A stretch of 64,000 nt of DNA from Candidatus Hydrogenedentota bacterium (GCA_963674865.2 CAXXYE010000009.1:1600001-1664000), one strand, 5' to 3'; positions 18,584-27,604 are shown, numbered from the stretch's first letter. The notes: generated by a model not told the origin, from the letters alone. Translations and numbers: made by a program.

Positions 18584-21500
18584 TCACTCGCCGGATTTAG
18601 GAGACTCGACGACGGCAGGTTTCTTGAGAAGCAGGCCTGCCGGGCCGGCAAGGACATACGTGCGACACTCGTTTTCGACGGCGGTGTAACCTCGCGAATC
18701 TGGATTGTACGACTGCAGAGGAAGGGGCTGCCATGAGGGGCGCGGCCCATAGCCATAGAATCTCAGTTCGGGGAGGTGTTCGGGCGCGCACACGCCTGCT
18801 TCTGGTCGCATCGACCAGGCGACTTCGACTGCGGCATCGTCAGGGAAACGCTCGATAGTCATGACGGGCGTGAACGCCGCCAGCCCACTCGGGAGCGCGG
18901 TAGGCGGCGCCGCCGCCGTGGTGAGGCGAGCGCCGAAACGCGTTGCCCCTGTTAATCGAACGAATCCCTGCAGCCCCGGCAGAGGAAACTCAAGCTCCGT
19001 GCCCCAAGTCAGGCCGGGGGGCGGCTCCTGCGGCATCTTACGGGATTCGGTGATGGGGCGCTTGCGCGGGTCCTCGGTGGTGTAGGTCATCCGGGAGCGG
19101 CGTTTGGCGGTACCGGACGCTTCAGCGCGTTCGCGCTCTTCCTTAAAGGCGTCAAACGCCTCGGTCGTAATGACGAGAGGCTCGTTCCTAATTGCCTTGG
19201 GCGTCTCCTCTGGCGGAGCCGCTGCCGGGGGAGCTCCTTGCCGGTAGGCGCGTAGGGCCTCACTGGTGAATACAGGCGGCCGGCCGGTTGCCTGCGGGGG
19301 GAAAGCGGACTCCGGCCGCGAAGCCTCTGAAGAAGGACCTTGTTCCGATGTGGGCGGCGGCGGAGATGTCTTGTAAGGAGTTTGGGCCGCTTGGGGCGTC
19401 TCGGGCCTTGGGGCCGCATCATGGGGGGGCTGCGGCTTGTCGGGGCCGTCCGGCAATGGCTGCTCGGGCGAGACGGTCTCTTGCGGCAATGCTTTGGCTT
19501 CGAGCCGGGCCATCGGCGCCGGTTCCTTGGCCGCCACCCGGCATGCCGCCGGGCCGAGGACGACATAGCCCCGTGAGCGTTGGTCGCGGGCAAAGAGGGT
19601 GTTCGTTGTTGGGTCGAAGCGCTGGTGCGCCAAGCGCATCCAGTGGCCGGGTGAACGCTGGGCACATACGAAAAGCTGGGGCAAGTTGCCGGGGGCGCAA
19701 CGTGTTGGGGGCACGCGGAACTCCATGTGAAGTTCGAAAGGTACGTTGCTTGGCGCCCATTCGGGCGTCACGTATGCACTGAAGGCCGCCATATCCTCGG
19801 GCAGGGCCGACGGTACTTCCCTCCGTGTATTCAGGCGGGCTTCCACTGGTGCGCCGGAGCGTAGCGTGAAACGAACGTTGCCTCCATCGGCGCGCAAGTG
19901 CGCGGCCCTTCCGAAGGCGCTTTGTGTGTTCTGCGCAATGTCCCCAAATTCGAATCGCGGTACCTTAAACCGGCGCCCAGTCAACAAGGGGAGCTGATCC
20001 GCGTAGTGGGGCGATTCGGGATCTTCAGAGGCGCCGAAAGGCGCCATGCTGACGGCTTCGGGCGTGTCCCCAAGCGTGACTACCATGGCGAAAGCGTAGC
20101 CGTATCTCACCGACCACTTGCCATCCTCGAATTCAGGTCCCTCGGCCACGAAGAGCGGTTCGCCCGCCCCCGTTCCCGCAAGAGGCTCACTGTGTTCGCC
20201 ACGCTCTATGACGTGCAGTTCGCGCCAGGGCACGGAAAGCGAGCCCCGCTCGTTACGTAGCCGCATGGCAGCCTCCGCGACCGCGTCGACGGCGTGCGCC
20301 TGGATCTCGGGCGAGGGATCTTCCAACGCCCAGTACAATGCGTCGTCTGATAACTGCATGGCCTCGTTGTACCGGTTCATGACTTCCCACCATGTCCGGA
20401 AGAATGTCATGCCCACACTTTGCGTATCCGCCACGCAGTTCCAGTCCTGCAGAATCTTAACGCCCACTTCGAGGTCCGGGTGAACGCTGCCCGGATATCC
20501 CGGCACCCCTTTCACCCACGTGGTCAAGCGGGGCGCCGTTTCCACGGCCCCGGGCACAAGCACGTCATAGAGCATGGACTGGGCGTCCCGGAAGGTCGAG
20601 ACGCCCATGGCGAGCAACTGCCGCGCGCGTCGGGCGCGGTAGGTGTCGCGGTCGCGCGCAAGCCACGATGGCCAGTCCTCCGGGCGCAGGCGGGGGTCTT
20701 CCGTGGCCGTCCAAGGAGGATTGCCACAGGCTTGGATGTATCCTGAGGCCGGATTGACGAGGGCAGGCAGATCGGACACGGGCAGAACGCCTGCCCAGCG
20801 GAAACGGCGGTCTGCGGCGGGCAGCGGCAAGGTCCAGTCGGTTATCTCGAGTCGCTGGCTGCGGCCCTCTTCCGCCGGCAACGCGATTTCGCCTTCCGGT
20901 GTGGGGCGGATGCCGGTCTTGGCATTGTAGAAATACGCAATGTTACCGTCCTTGTCCGCATAGACCACGTGGAAGCACGGCACCTGATGCATTTCCAGCG
21001 CGGCCCGGAAGGAATCCAGATCCTGGGCGAGGCCCATTTGGCAGAACTGGCTCAAGGCGCCCGCATCGCCATAGCCGCCGGCACGGAGGGTGCAGAAATC
21101 CCCGCCGCGTCTCGCTACGACGGGGCCGAGCGACGTAGGCCAGAAAAGGGTCTCGCGCTGTTCCAGGCCGGACTCGGTGCGGACGTAATATCGCTTTAGG
21201 TGAGAGGCTATCTCGAGTCGGTTGGCGAGTTCCGGAGGAACGGCGTCGCCGTTTACGGCTTCGCCGCGGGATACCTGGCCCCGGCCGTGGGTGTAGACGT
21301 CCGCCGTATCGGACCTGTTTGGCGTCAGCGCCCACCCGAGGCGCTCGTTGTGGCCTTGCAGTATCACGGGCAATCCGAAGAGCGTGGCGCCTGCCACGTT
21401 CAGCCCTGGAGCGGCCAGGTGCGCCTCATACCACTGGAAGGGCCCCCGGTAGTCTGTATGGGGGTTGATAACGAGAATGGGCTTGCCGCTCGCCGATTGG

Positions 21501-22066
21501 CGCGGGCCGATAGCCCAGGCGTTGCCTGTTGTGGCCGCGGGGGGGAGATGGTAGCTCGCCGAAAGGTCAAACGGCGCAAAAGACATGAGGTAGCAGTGCA
21601 GCAAGGCCAGGGGGTCCTCGGGGCGCACGCCCTCGGCCCAGGGAGGCACCCGGCTCGGATACCGGGCCAGCCACGCGTTGACACCTTCCGCGAAGCCCTC
21701 GCACAGATCTCGCGTCCAAGGGTCCGCTGCGCTTAAAGCCTTCTGGGCCAATACCATATGGCCCATGCCGATGGAAAACTCGTCCGAGCGCGCGTAGTCT
21801 TCCCCGAAGACTTCCGCCGCCCGCCCTTCGGCCACACGATACGCTTTGAGCATGAGTTCGAGGTGATCCTCGGCCTGAGCGAAGCCGAAGGCAAAGGCCA
21901 TTGCGCGGAGGTTGTCGGCGTAGACGTGAGGCACGCCCCACTCGTCTCTATAAAGGGTGGCTTCTTCCCAGGGGCTTGGCGGCTCTGGCGTCTCGACAGG
22001 TTCGCCCTGGGCGCCGAATGCGCTTACCAGCAAGGCGAAAACGAGCAACGTGGTGCATTTACCCAT
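18584..22066 (-). CDS. Penicillin acylase (Ntn-hydrolase) family protein with long C-terminal extension
   Basis: 'RDEWGVPHVYA', 'GFAQAEDH', 'NAWAIGP...INPH', 'GHNERLGWALT', 'SPHYADQ'; signal peptide after MGKCT at 22066. The longer ORF start at 22225 lies inside a MITE. Confidence 0.85.
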   Translation of the reverse strand: MGKCTTLLVFALLVSAFGAQGEPVETPEPPSPWEEATLYRDEWGVPHVYADNLRAMAFAFGFAQAEDHLELMLKAYRVAEGRAAEVFGEDYARSDEFSIGMGHMVLAQKALSAADPWTRDLCEGFAEGVNAWLARYPSRVPPWAEGVRPEDPLALLHCYLMSFAPFDLSASYHLPPAATTGNAWAIGPRQSASGKPILVINPHTDYRGPFQWYEAHLAAPGLNVAGATLFGLPVILQGHNERLGWALTPNRSDTADVYTHGRGQVSRGEAVNGDAVPPELANRLEIASHLKRYYVRTESGLEQRETLFWPTSLGPVVARRGGDFCTLRAGGYGDAGALSQFCQMGLAQDLDSFRAALEMHQVPCFHVVYADKDGNIAYFYNAKTGIRPTPEGEIALPAEEGRSQRLEITDWTLPLPAADRRFRWAGVLPVSDLPALVNPASGYIQACGNPPWTATEDPRLRPEDWPSWLARDRDTYRARRARQLLAMGVSTFRDAQSMLYDVLVPGAVETAPRLTTWVKGVPGYPGSVHPDLEVGVKILQDWNCVADTQSVGMTFFRTWWEVMNRYNEAMQLSDDALYWALEDPSPEIQAHAVDAVAEAAMRLRNERGSLSVPWRELHVIERGEHSEPLAGTGAGEPLFVAEGPEFEDGKWSVRYGYAFAMVVTLGDTPEAVSMAPFGASEDPESPHYADQLPLLTGRRFKVPRFEFGDIAQNTQSAFGRAAHLRADGGNVRFTLRSGAPVEARLNTRREVPSALPEDMAAFSAYVTPEWAPSNVPFELHMEFRVPPTRCAPGNLPQLFVCAQRSPGHWMRLAHQRFDPTTNTLFARDQRSRGYVVLGPAACRVAAKEPAPMARLEAKALPQETVSPEQPLPDGPDKPQPPHDAAPRPETPQAAQTPYKTSPPPPTSEQGPSSEASRPESAFPPQATGRPPVFTSEALRAYRQGAPPAAAPPEETPKAIRNEPLVITTEAFDAFKEERERAEASGTAKRRSRMTYTTEDPRKRPITESRKMPQEPPPGLTWGTELEFPLPGLQGFVRLTGATRFGARLTTAAAPPTALPSGLAAFTPVMTIERFPDDAAVEVAWSMRPEAGVCAPEHLPELRFYGYGPRPSWQPLPLQSYNPDSRGYTAVENECRTYVLAGPAGLLLKKPAVVESPKSGE

Positions 22067-22208
22067 ATCTCGTGCTGTTCCATGTCCCGGCTGGGCCGTT
22101 GGTTGAATCCCGAGAGGGACTCTCTCGCGCCTTACACCCGGGCGCGAAGTCCTCGGGAGCATTGTACGCCAGAGGCGCCGCTGTTGGAAACCCTCCTTCT
22201 CCGGGGCA

Positions 22209-22521
22209 CTAGTGTTCTGACTCACAATTGACGTTGCTTATCTGCAGATGAAAAAGCGCCAAGAATGAGCGAAAAACCGGGACTGACACAAGCGAAGCGA
22301 AGACGTGTCTGTCGAGCTGTTGAAAAAGTCGCATTCGCCCCAGAGGTCGAGCGAAACACCGGGACTGTCCCAAGCGGAGTCCGCCGGAGGCGGACGCAGA
22401 CGGGACTGTCCCAGGTCCTTTCGCGGCCTGCATCCGGCAACTCTGGACTTTTTCAACGGCTCCTCTGGCCCTGCTTTTCGCGGCAAGAATAAGACGCCAT
22501 CAGCGTGAGTCACACCACTAG
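22209..22521. mobile_element. CTAG-bounded MITE-like element interrupted by a second MITE
   Basis: Ends CTAGTGTTCTGACTCAC / GTGAGTCACACCACTAG are imperfect inverted repeats; homologous to the uninterrupted element at 56607-56728. Confidence 0.75.
22314..22462. mobile_element. Nested MITE with 17-bp terminal inverted repeats
   Basis: GAGCTGTTGAAAAAGTC ... GACTTTTTCAACGGCTC (16/17); flanked by tctgtc/tctggc (possible target duplication); two internal GGGACTGTCCC motifs. Confidence 0.75.
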
Positions 22522-22710
22522 AAGCGCCATGGACCCGGCATGGGATCGGAAGCACCGGCCGTGGTGCTGCGGAGGGGCGAGATTGGGGCATTTGTCCGGG
22601 CGGCAGGATATTAATCCCTTGTCTGATATGTGTATTCTATTAAATCTGCACGAGCCAATATCAGGGCAACAGAACCGGTTTGTCACTCATGAAGAAGTGC
22701 AAAAAAGCGC

Positions 22711-22739
22711 TTGACAAACCCAGCTTTCTGGGATACCAT
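22711..22739 (+). promoter_or_regulatory. Sigma70 promoter for pilin-like copy 1
   Basis: TTGACA-N17-TACCAT. Confidence 0.75.
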
Positions 22740-22881
22740 CTTTGTGTGAGGCCAGAGGATTACCCTTATGGGTTCCCAATGGTCCAGACACCCCGGTTTA
22801 TGCGGTTGCGATTGGTGAGCGTAGACCGGTTAGCAGCAGATGATTGAGCGTAGTACATCTTTCCAGATCTTAGGCTCGGTT

Positions 22882-23069
22882 TTTTGGCTGCGGAAGCTGC
22901 GGAGTGACTCAACTGAGGCAACCTACTCGCCCCTAGGGCGAAGGAGTCGTGTGCCGCCAAACGACGGGGCGTGCGGCTCGAGAGACAAGGAGGGAGCCTG
23001 GCGTAAGAGAGAAGACTAGCCGAAGTGTGAAGTTGAGTTCTTATTGCATCTTATTGAAAGGACAAAGCA
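22882..23069 (+). ncRNA. Candidate structured cis-regulatory leader RNA, copy 1 (class not recognised)
   Basis: Sequence blocks and stems shared with 24486-24678, including compensatory changes. Confidence 0.55.
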
Positions 23070-24137
23070 ATGAAAAAGGGTTTCACCTTGATCGAGCTGC
23101 TGGTCGTGATTGCCATTATCGGCATCCTGGCGGCGATTCTGCTGCCGGCGTTGGCCAAGGCTCGTGAGCAAGCACGGCGTGCTTCGTGCCAGAACAACCT
23201 CAAGGAATGGGGTCTGGTCTTCAAGATGTACGCGAACGAGAGCCCGGGGCGGTATTATCCGACGGCAGCCGTCGCCGGTAAAGTCGCGCAATGCGGCAGC
23301 TACAACAGCGACCTCGAAGAGGCCGGTGGCGCGGATGACCTGTGGGCCAATCCGAGCGGCCCGCACTGCTATCCTGAGTATATCGACGACTGGAACGTCT
23401 ATTTCTGCCCGTCCGACGCGGATACGCCGGCTGAGCAGTATCTGGTCTGCCCGGGTGGCGAGTGGTGCGCCAGCGATGCTTTCTGCATCGGGCCGACGAA
23501 TCCGGAGTCGCTGAATCCCTGGTATTTCCAGGACAAGAGCTACATCTACTGCGGTTACATGTGCCGTGACGACCAAGAGTGGATGACCATGGTCCATGCC
23601 GCCGACGTGATGACCAATCAGGACGCGAGCAAAGACAGCTGGGCGGCTGCCCACACCAAGTTGTGCGCTGCGTCCATCGGCGCCGACCGTGGCGGTGGCG
23701 ATGAGGCCCGGACGCGCGCCTGGGTCGAGAGCCGCTGCAAGGCGTATGTCCGCGCTCTGAAGTACGAACTGGTCGATCCCCTTCCCTGGAACTCGATGCT
23801 CTACACGCGTCAGTTCTATGGCAAGATCTACCGTCTTCGTGAAGGCATCCAGCAGTACCTGATCACCGACGTGAACGACATCGCGGCGGCTCAGTCTGCT
23901 GAGAGCCAGATTGCGGTGATGTGGGACGAGGCCATGGCGATGCAGACCAACGGCGATGTGAAATTCCACCATCTGCCGGGCGGCTGCAACGTGCTTTACA
24001 TGGACGGCCACGTCAGCTTCCTTAAGTACCCGCAAGGCTCGACGTACGGCGAGATCGACTCGAACACTGGCTACCAGAGAGCCAGCAAGCAGATCCCCGT
24101 CACCCCGTTCATGGTTACGGTAGGCTGCAACTGGTAA
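23070..24137 (+). CDS. Prepilin-type N-terminal cleavage/methylation protein (DUF1559-like, H-X9-DG), copy 1
   Basis: '[45 protein letters not shown]'; '[15 protein letters not shown]'; AAAGGA RBS. Confidence 0.93.
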   Translation: MKKGFTLIELLVVIAIIGILAAILLPALAKAREQARRASCQNNLKEWGLVFKMYANESPGRYYPTAAVAGKVAQCGSYNSDLEEAGGADDLWANPSGPHCYPEYIDDWNVYFCPSDADTPAEQYLVCPGGEWCASDAFCIGPTNPESLNPWYFQDKSYIYCGYMCRDDQEWMTMVHAADVMTNQDASKDSWAAAHTKLCAASIGADRGGGDEARTRAWVESRCKAYVRALKYELVDPLPWNSMLYTRQFYGKIYRLREGIQQYLITDVNDIAAAQSAESQIAVMWDEAMAMQTNGDVKFHHLPGGCNVLYMDGHVSFLKYPQGSTYGEIDSNTGYQRASKQIPVTPFMVTVGCNW

Positions 24138-24170
24138 GCTAGGCCAAAAGGTTTAGCTAGCTCGATAAAC

Positions 24171-24209
24171 GGCCGCTGCCCGGACTTCCGTCCGGGCAGC
24201 GGTTTTTTT
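24171..24209 (+). terminator. Intrinsic terminator of pilin-like copy 1
   Basis: Stem ccgctgcccggac-ttcc-gtccgggcagcgg followed by T7. Confidence 0.9.
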
Positions 24210-24392
24210 GTCTTGGTGTTGCGAGAAAGGACTTAAAACCTACCTATATATGTGTACACTAACCACTTAGCTTATAGTGTACCATCTAGGTGATACCACC
24301 TTGCTTTATTGCCTGCCCCTAAGTGCTCAATAGTGTCAACAGTTTCTATGTACCGCTGGATAGATATGGTCACGAATTCCAGTGGTACCCCC

Positions 24393-24421
24393 TTGACAAA
24401 TAACCTAATTGCTGCTACGTT
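24393..24421 (+). promoter_or_regulatory. Sigma70 promoter for pilin-like copy 2
   Basis: TTGACA-N17-TACGTT. Confidence 0.7.
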
Positions 24422-24485
24422 GTATTTGGGAACGGGAAGCAGCTGGCGCGTAATTAGTGCTTCACGGTACATACCCGAAGTTCTC

Positions 24486-24678
24486 TTTTGGCTGCGGTAG
24501 CTGCGGAGTGACCTGACTGAGGCAACCTTACCCGCCCATCTGGGTGAAGGAGGCGTGCACACCTCATTTTATGAGGTCGTAATGCCTCAAGAGGAAAGGA
24601 GGGAGCCTGGCATAGCGCGCATTTGATTACCGAAGTCTGAAGTCTAGTTTTTATTGTATTTTACGAAAGGACAAAGCG
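24486..24678 (+). ncRNA. Candidate structured cis-regulatory leader RNA, copy 2
   Basis: Homologous to 22882-23069 with conserved pairing. Confidence 0.55.
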
Positions 24679-25746
24679 ATGAAAAAGGGTTTCACCTTGA
24701 TCGAGCTGCTGGTCGTGATTGCCATCATCGGCATCCTGGCGGCGATTCTGCTGCCGGCGTTGGCCAAGGCTCGTGAGCAAGCACGGCGTGCTTCGTGCCA
24801 GAACAACCTCAAGGAATGGGGTCTGGTCTTCAAGATGTACGCGAACGAGAGCCCGGGGCGGTATTATCCTGTGGCAGCCGTCGCCGGTAAGGTCGCGCAA
24901 TGCGGCAGCTACAACAGCGACCTCGAAGAGGCCGGTAGCGCGGATGACCTTTGGGCCAATCCGAGCGGCCCGCACTGCTATCCCGAATACATCGACGACT
25001 GGAACGTCTATTTCTGCCCGTCCGACGCGGATACGCCGGCTGAGCAGTATCTGGTCTGCCCGGGTGGCGACTGGTGCGCCAGCGATGCTTTCTGCATCGG
25101 GCCGACGAATCCGGAGTCGCTGAATCCCTGGTATTTCCAGGACAAGAGCTACATCTACTGCGGTTACATGTGCCGTGACGACCAAGAGTGGATGACCATG
25201 GTCCATGCCGCCGACGTGATGACCAATCAGGACGCGAGCAAAGACAGCTGGGCGTCTGCCCACAGCAAGCTGTGCAACGCCTCCATCGGCGCCGACCGTG
25301 GCGGTGGCGATGAGGCCCGGACGCGCGCCTGGGTCGAGAGCCGCTGCAAGGCGTATGTCCGCGCTCTGAAGTACGAACTGGTCGATCCCCTTCCCTGGAA
25401 CTCGATGCTCTACACGCGTCAGTTCTATGGCAAGATCTACCGTCTTCGTGAAGGCATCCAGCAGTACCTGATCACCGACGTGAACGACATCGCGGCGGCT
25501 CAGTCTGCTGAGAGCCAGATTGCGGTGATGTGGGACGAGGCCATGGCGATGCAGACCAACGGCGATGTGAAATTCCACCATCTGCCGGGCGGCTGCAACG
25601 TGCTTTACATGGACGGCCACGTCAGCTTCCTTAAGTACCCGCAAGGCTCGACGTACGGCGAGATCGACTCGAACACTGGCTACCAGAGAGCCAGCAAGCA
25701 GATCCCCGTCACCCCGTTCATGGTTACGGTAGGCTGCAACTGGTAA
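24679..25746 (+). CDS. Prepilin-type N-terminal cleavage/methylation protein (DUF1559-like, H-X9-DG), copy 2
   Basis: 355 aa; differs from copy 1 at 6 residues by eye. Confidence 0.93.
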   Translation: MKKGFTLIELLVVIAIIGILAAILLPALAKAREQARRASCQNNLKEWGLVFKMYANESPGRYYPVAAVAGKVAQCGSYNSDLEEAGSADDLWANPSGPHCYPEYIDDWNVYFCPSDADTPAEQYLVCPGGDWCASDAFCIGPTNPESLNPWYFQDKSYIYCGYMCRDDQEWMTMVHAADVMTNQDASKDSWASAHSKLCNASIGADRGGGDEARTRAWVESRCKAYVRALKYELVDPLPWNSMLYTRQFYGKIYRLREGIQQYLITDVNDIAAAQSAESQIAVMWDEAMAMQTNGDVKFHHLPGGCNVLYMDGHVSFLKYPQGSTYGEIDSNTGYQRASKQIPVTPFMVTVGCNW

Positions 25747-25779
25747 GCTAGGCCAAGAGGTTTAGCTAGCTCGATAAGC

Positions 25780-25819
25780 GGCCGCTGCCCGGACTTAGGT
25801 CCGGGCGGCGGCCCTTCTT
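25780..25819 (+). terminator. Probable terminator of pilin-like copy 2
   Basis: Stem ggccgctgcccggac-ttag-gtccgggcggcggcc with a weak U tract (cttctt); homologous to 24171-24209. Confidence 0.65.
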
Positions 25820-25957
25820 ATTCTCCGGCCGCATATGAGGCATGTGAGAGATACGGGATAGCCACGGTGGGTCTTGAGCTTCTCGCGGGTCTTCCGTAGT
25901 GTGAGTGTCGAGTCAGGGGGCTTTGTGGGTGCGCGCAAGTAGCTGTGAAGTAATGGG

Positions 25958-27199
25958 TTACTTGGCCTGGGCGTTCCGTGCTGCGAGGCAACGCTCGACA
26001 GCCGCGTAGACTTCGTCGACCCCGATCATCTGCATGCACACGTTGTCGTTGCAGGGCGAGAACCGGTAATTGAGGGCGCTCACGCACGGACTGCAAGCCA
26101 AGCCCTTCCAGATCACGTGCGTGCGCGATCCCAGAGGCGAGAAGACGCGGGGCGTTTCAGGCCCAAAAAGCACGACCGTGTCGATGTCCGTCAGGGAGGC
26201 AAAGTGGCCCGGGCCGCTATCGTTGGTCACGAGCACATCGGCCAGGGTGTAGAGCACAAGCAACTCGCGAAGGGTGGTCTTGCCGGCCAGAGACGCTGAG
26301 CGTTCGGAGCCGATTGCTTGGCACACGCGCTCGGCGGTATCCCGCTCGTTTGGCGCGCCTGTCACCACGATCGCCACGTCTTCGTGCCGTGCGAGGATCG
26401 CCTTCCCCAGCGAGACGAACCTCTCCTGAGGCCATCGCCGAATGGGCAACATATCTCCCGCGTTAGGATTCAGCAGAACGATGCGCCGCCCGGCCATGGT
26501 TTGTCCCAGTTCACGTACCAGGAGTTCACGGACCGCCTCCCGCTCAGCCTTTGTCGGCTCGAACCGGGGCCGCTCGGCATCTGCCGGCTCAACCGGCGCT
26601 TTCAATAGCGGCGTTTCCTCGGCGTCACGCTCCAGGGCCATGACCAAGGACTCGAAGAACTGGGCGCAGTGCAAATAGGGATTGTAGAAGACGCGGTGCG
26701 TCATGAGGTCGCCGCGGTAAAGGGCCTCGCTTGTGAATCGGTGGAGGCCGACGCGGCGGCGTGCGCCACACAGGTAGGCGAAGATGGCCGGAGCTCGGGC
26801 GAATGATTCCAGATCCAGCGTGGCGTCTATGCGCAGTCTGCGGACGCGCCAGAGCGCGCGGAGGGAATCAAACACAAAACCCCCGAACTTGTGTCTCCGT
26901 ATTTCGAGCACATTTTCCGGCGGGACAATCCCCAATAGATCAAGGATCTCGCGGTTCTCGTCAAAGACGCAGAAGTAGAGGTTCTCTCGCCCGACGAGTT
27001 CGGCCGCGCGGCGCAACGCCCCGTACGCCTGCACCGTGGCCCCCTGCTCGATCAGTTTCAGGAAGAGGATCTTGCGAGGCGGCCCCTCAGGCTTTCTCTC
27101 GAGGCCCGCCACCCGCGCGAAGCGCCGGAAGGCGGTGAGCGCCAAGCAGATAGGCCGTCCGGCCCATGAATCGATATTCCCGATGGTCTTGGGCTGCAC
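25958..27199 (-). CDS. Glycosyltransferase family 9 (heptosyltransferase-like)
   Basis: 'LNPNAG...RRWP', 'LAGKTTLREL', 'VTNDSGPGHFA', 'LFGPETP', 'CSPC'. Confidence 0.9.
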   Translation of the reverse strand: MQPKTIGNIDSWAGRPICLALTAFRRFARVAGLERKPEGPPRKILFLKLIEQGATVQAYGALRRAAELVGRENLYFCVFDENREILDLLGIVPPENVLEIRRHKFGGFVFDSLRALWRVRRLRIDATLDLESFARAPAIFAYLCGARRRVGLHRFTSEALYRGDLMTHRVFYNPYLHCAQFFESLVMALERDAEETPLLKAPVEPADAERPRFEPTKAEREAVRELLVRELGQTMAGRRIVLLNPNAGDMLPIRRWPQERFVSLGKAILARHEDVAIVVTGAPNERDTAERVCQAIGSERSASLAGKTTLRELLVLYTLADVLVTNDSGPGHFASLTDIDTVVLFGPETPRVFSPLGSRTHVIWKGLACSPCVSALNYRFSPCNDNVCMQMIGVDEVYAAVERCLAARNAQAK

Positions 27200-27515
27200 C
27201 CCAACACCTCCCGGCCGCGTTTACACATCATCTCACGTTGACACACGTCCCGTCTGTGTCCACCGAACACTTTGCCCTTTGTCCCGGCAAGTTGCAGTAG
27301 TCTACCGAGCGTGGGGAGGCACTTCAAGGTGCCGGTGCGCAAAGGACCCTTGTTGAAGGGGGTGCGCCGACCACAGCGCTGGTTGGCGGAGGGCGCATAT
27401 TGTCGGGGCCTCTGTTCTTTTCCTGAGGCGCCGGATAGTCTGATCCCACATCGCCGGATAACTCAGCGGTGCCGCGCACACGGCGCTTGGATGTGGCGTC
27501 GTCTTCCAAAAGTGA

Positions 27516-27604
27516 CTCACCAGATGGGTGAGGCCAGCCATTTCGACAGTGTCTTTGTTTCCAGTGACTTGGCGCGCGGCACAATTGGCAACCCGGCCAC
27601 CGGG
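27516..27604 (+). repeat. Dispersed 89-bp intergenic element, copy 2
   Basis: Ungapped match to 18473-18561. Confidence 0.85.

Noticed and set aside
22882..23069. Assignment of the pilin leader to SAM-I, c-di-GMP-I/II, lysine or glycine riboswitches
   Set aside because: Only short words match (GGCAACC, GGAGGGA, CCGAAG). Their order and the required stems do not fit any of these consensus models as I recall them.
23070..25746. Diversity-generating retroelement template/variable repeat pair
   Set aside because: Differences are few, not adenine-specific and not C-terminal, and there is no reverse transcriptase in the window.
27400..27475. Degenerate TPP riboswitch (ctgagg...ctgatc...ggataa..cagcg)
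   Set aside because: Lacks CUGAGA and the P1/P2/P4 pairings; the resemblance is too weak.
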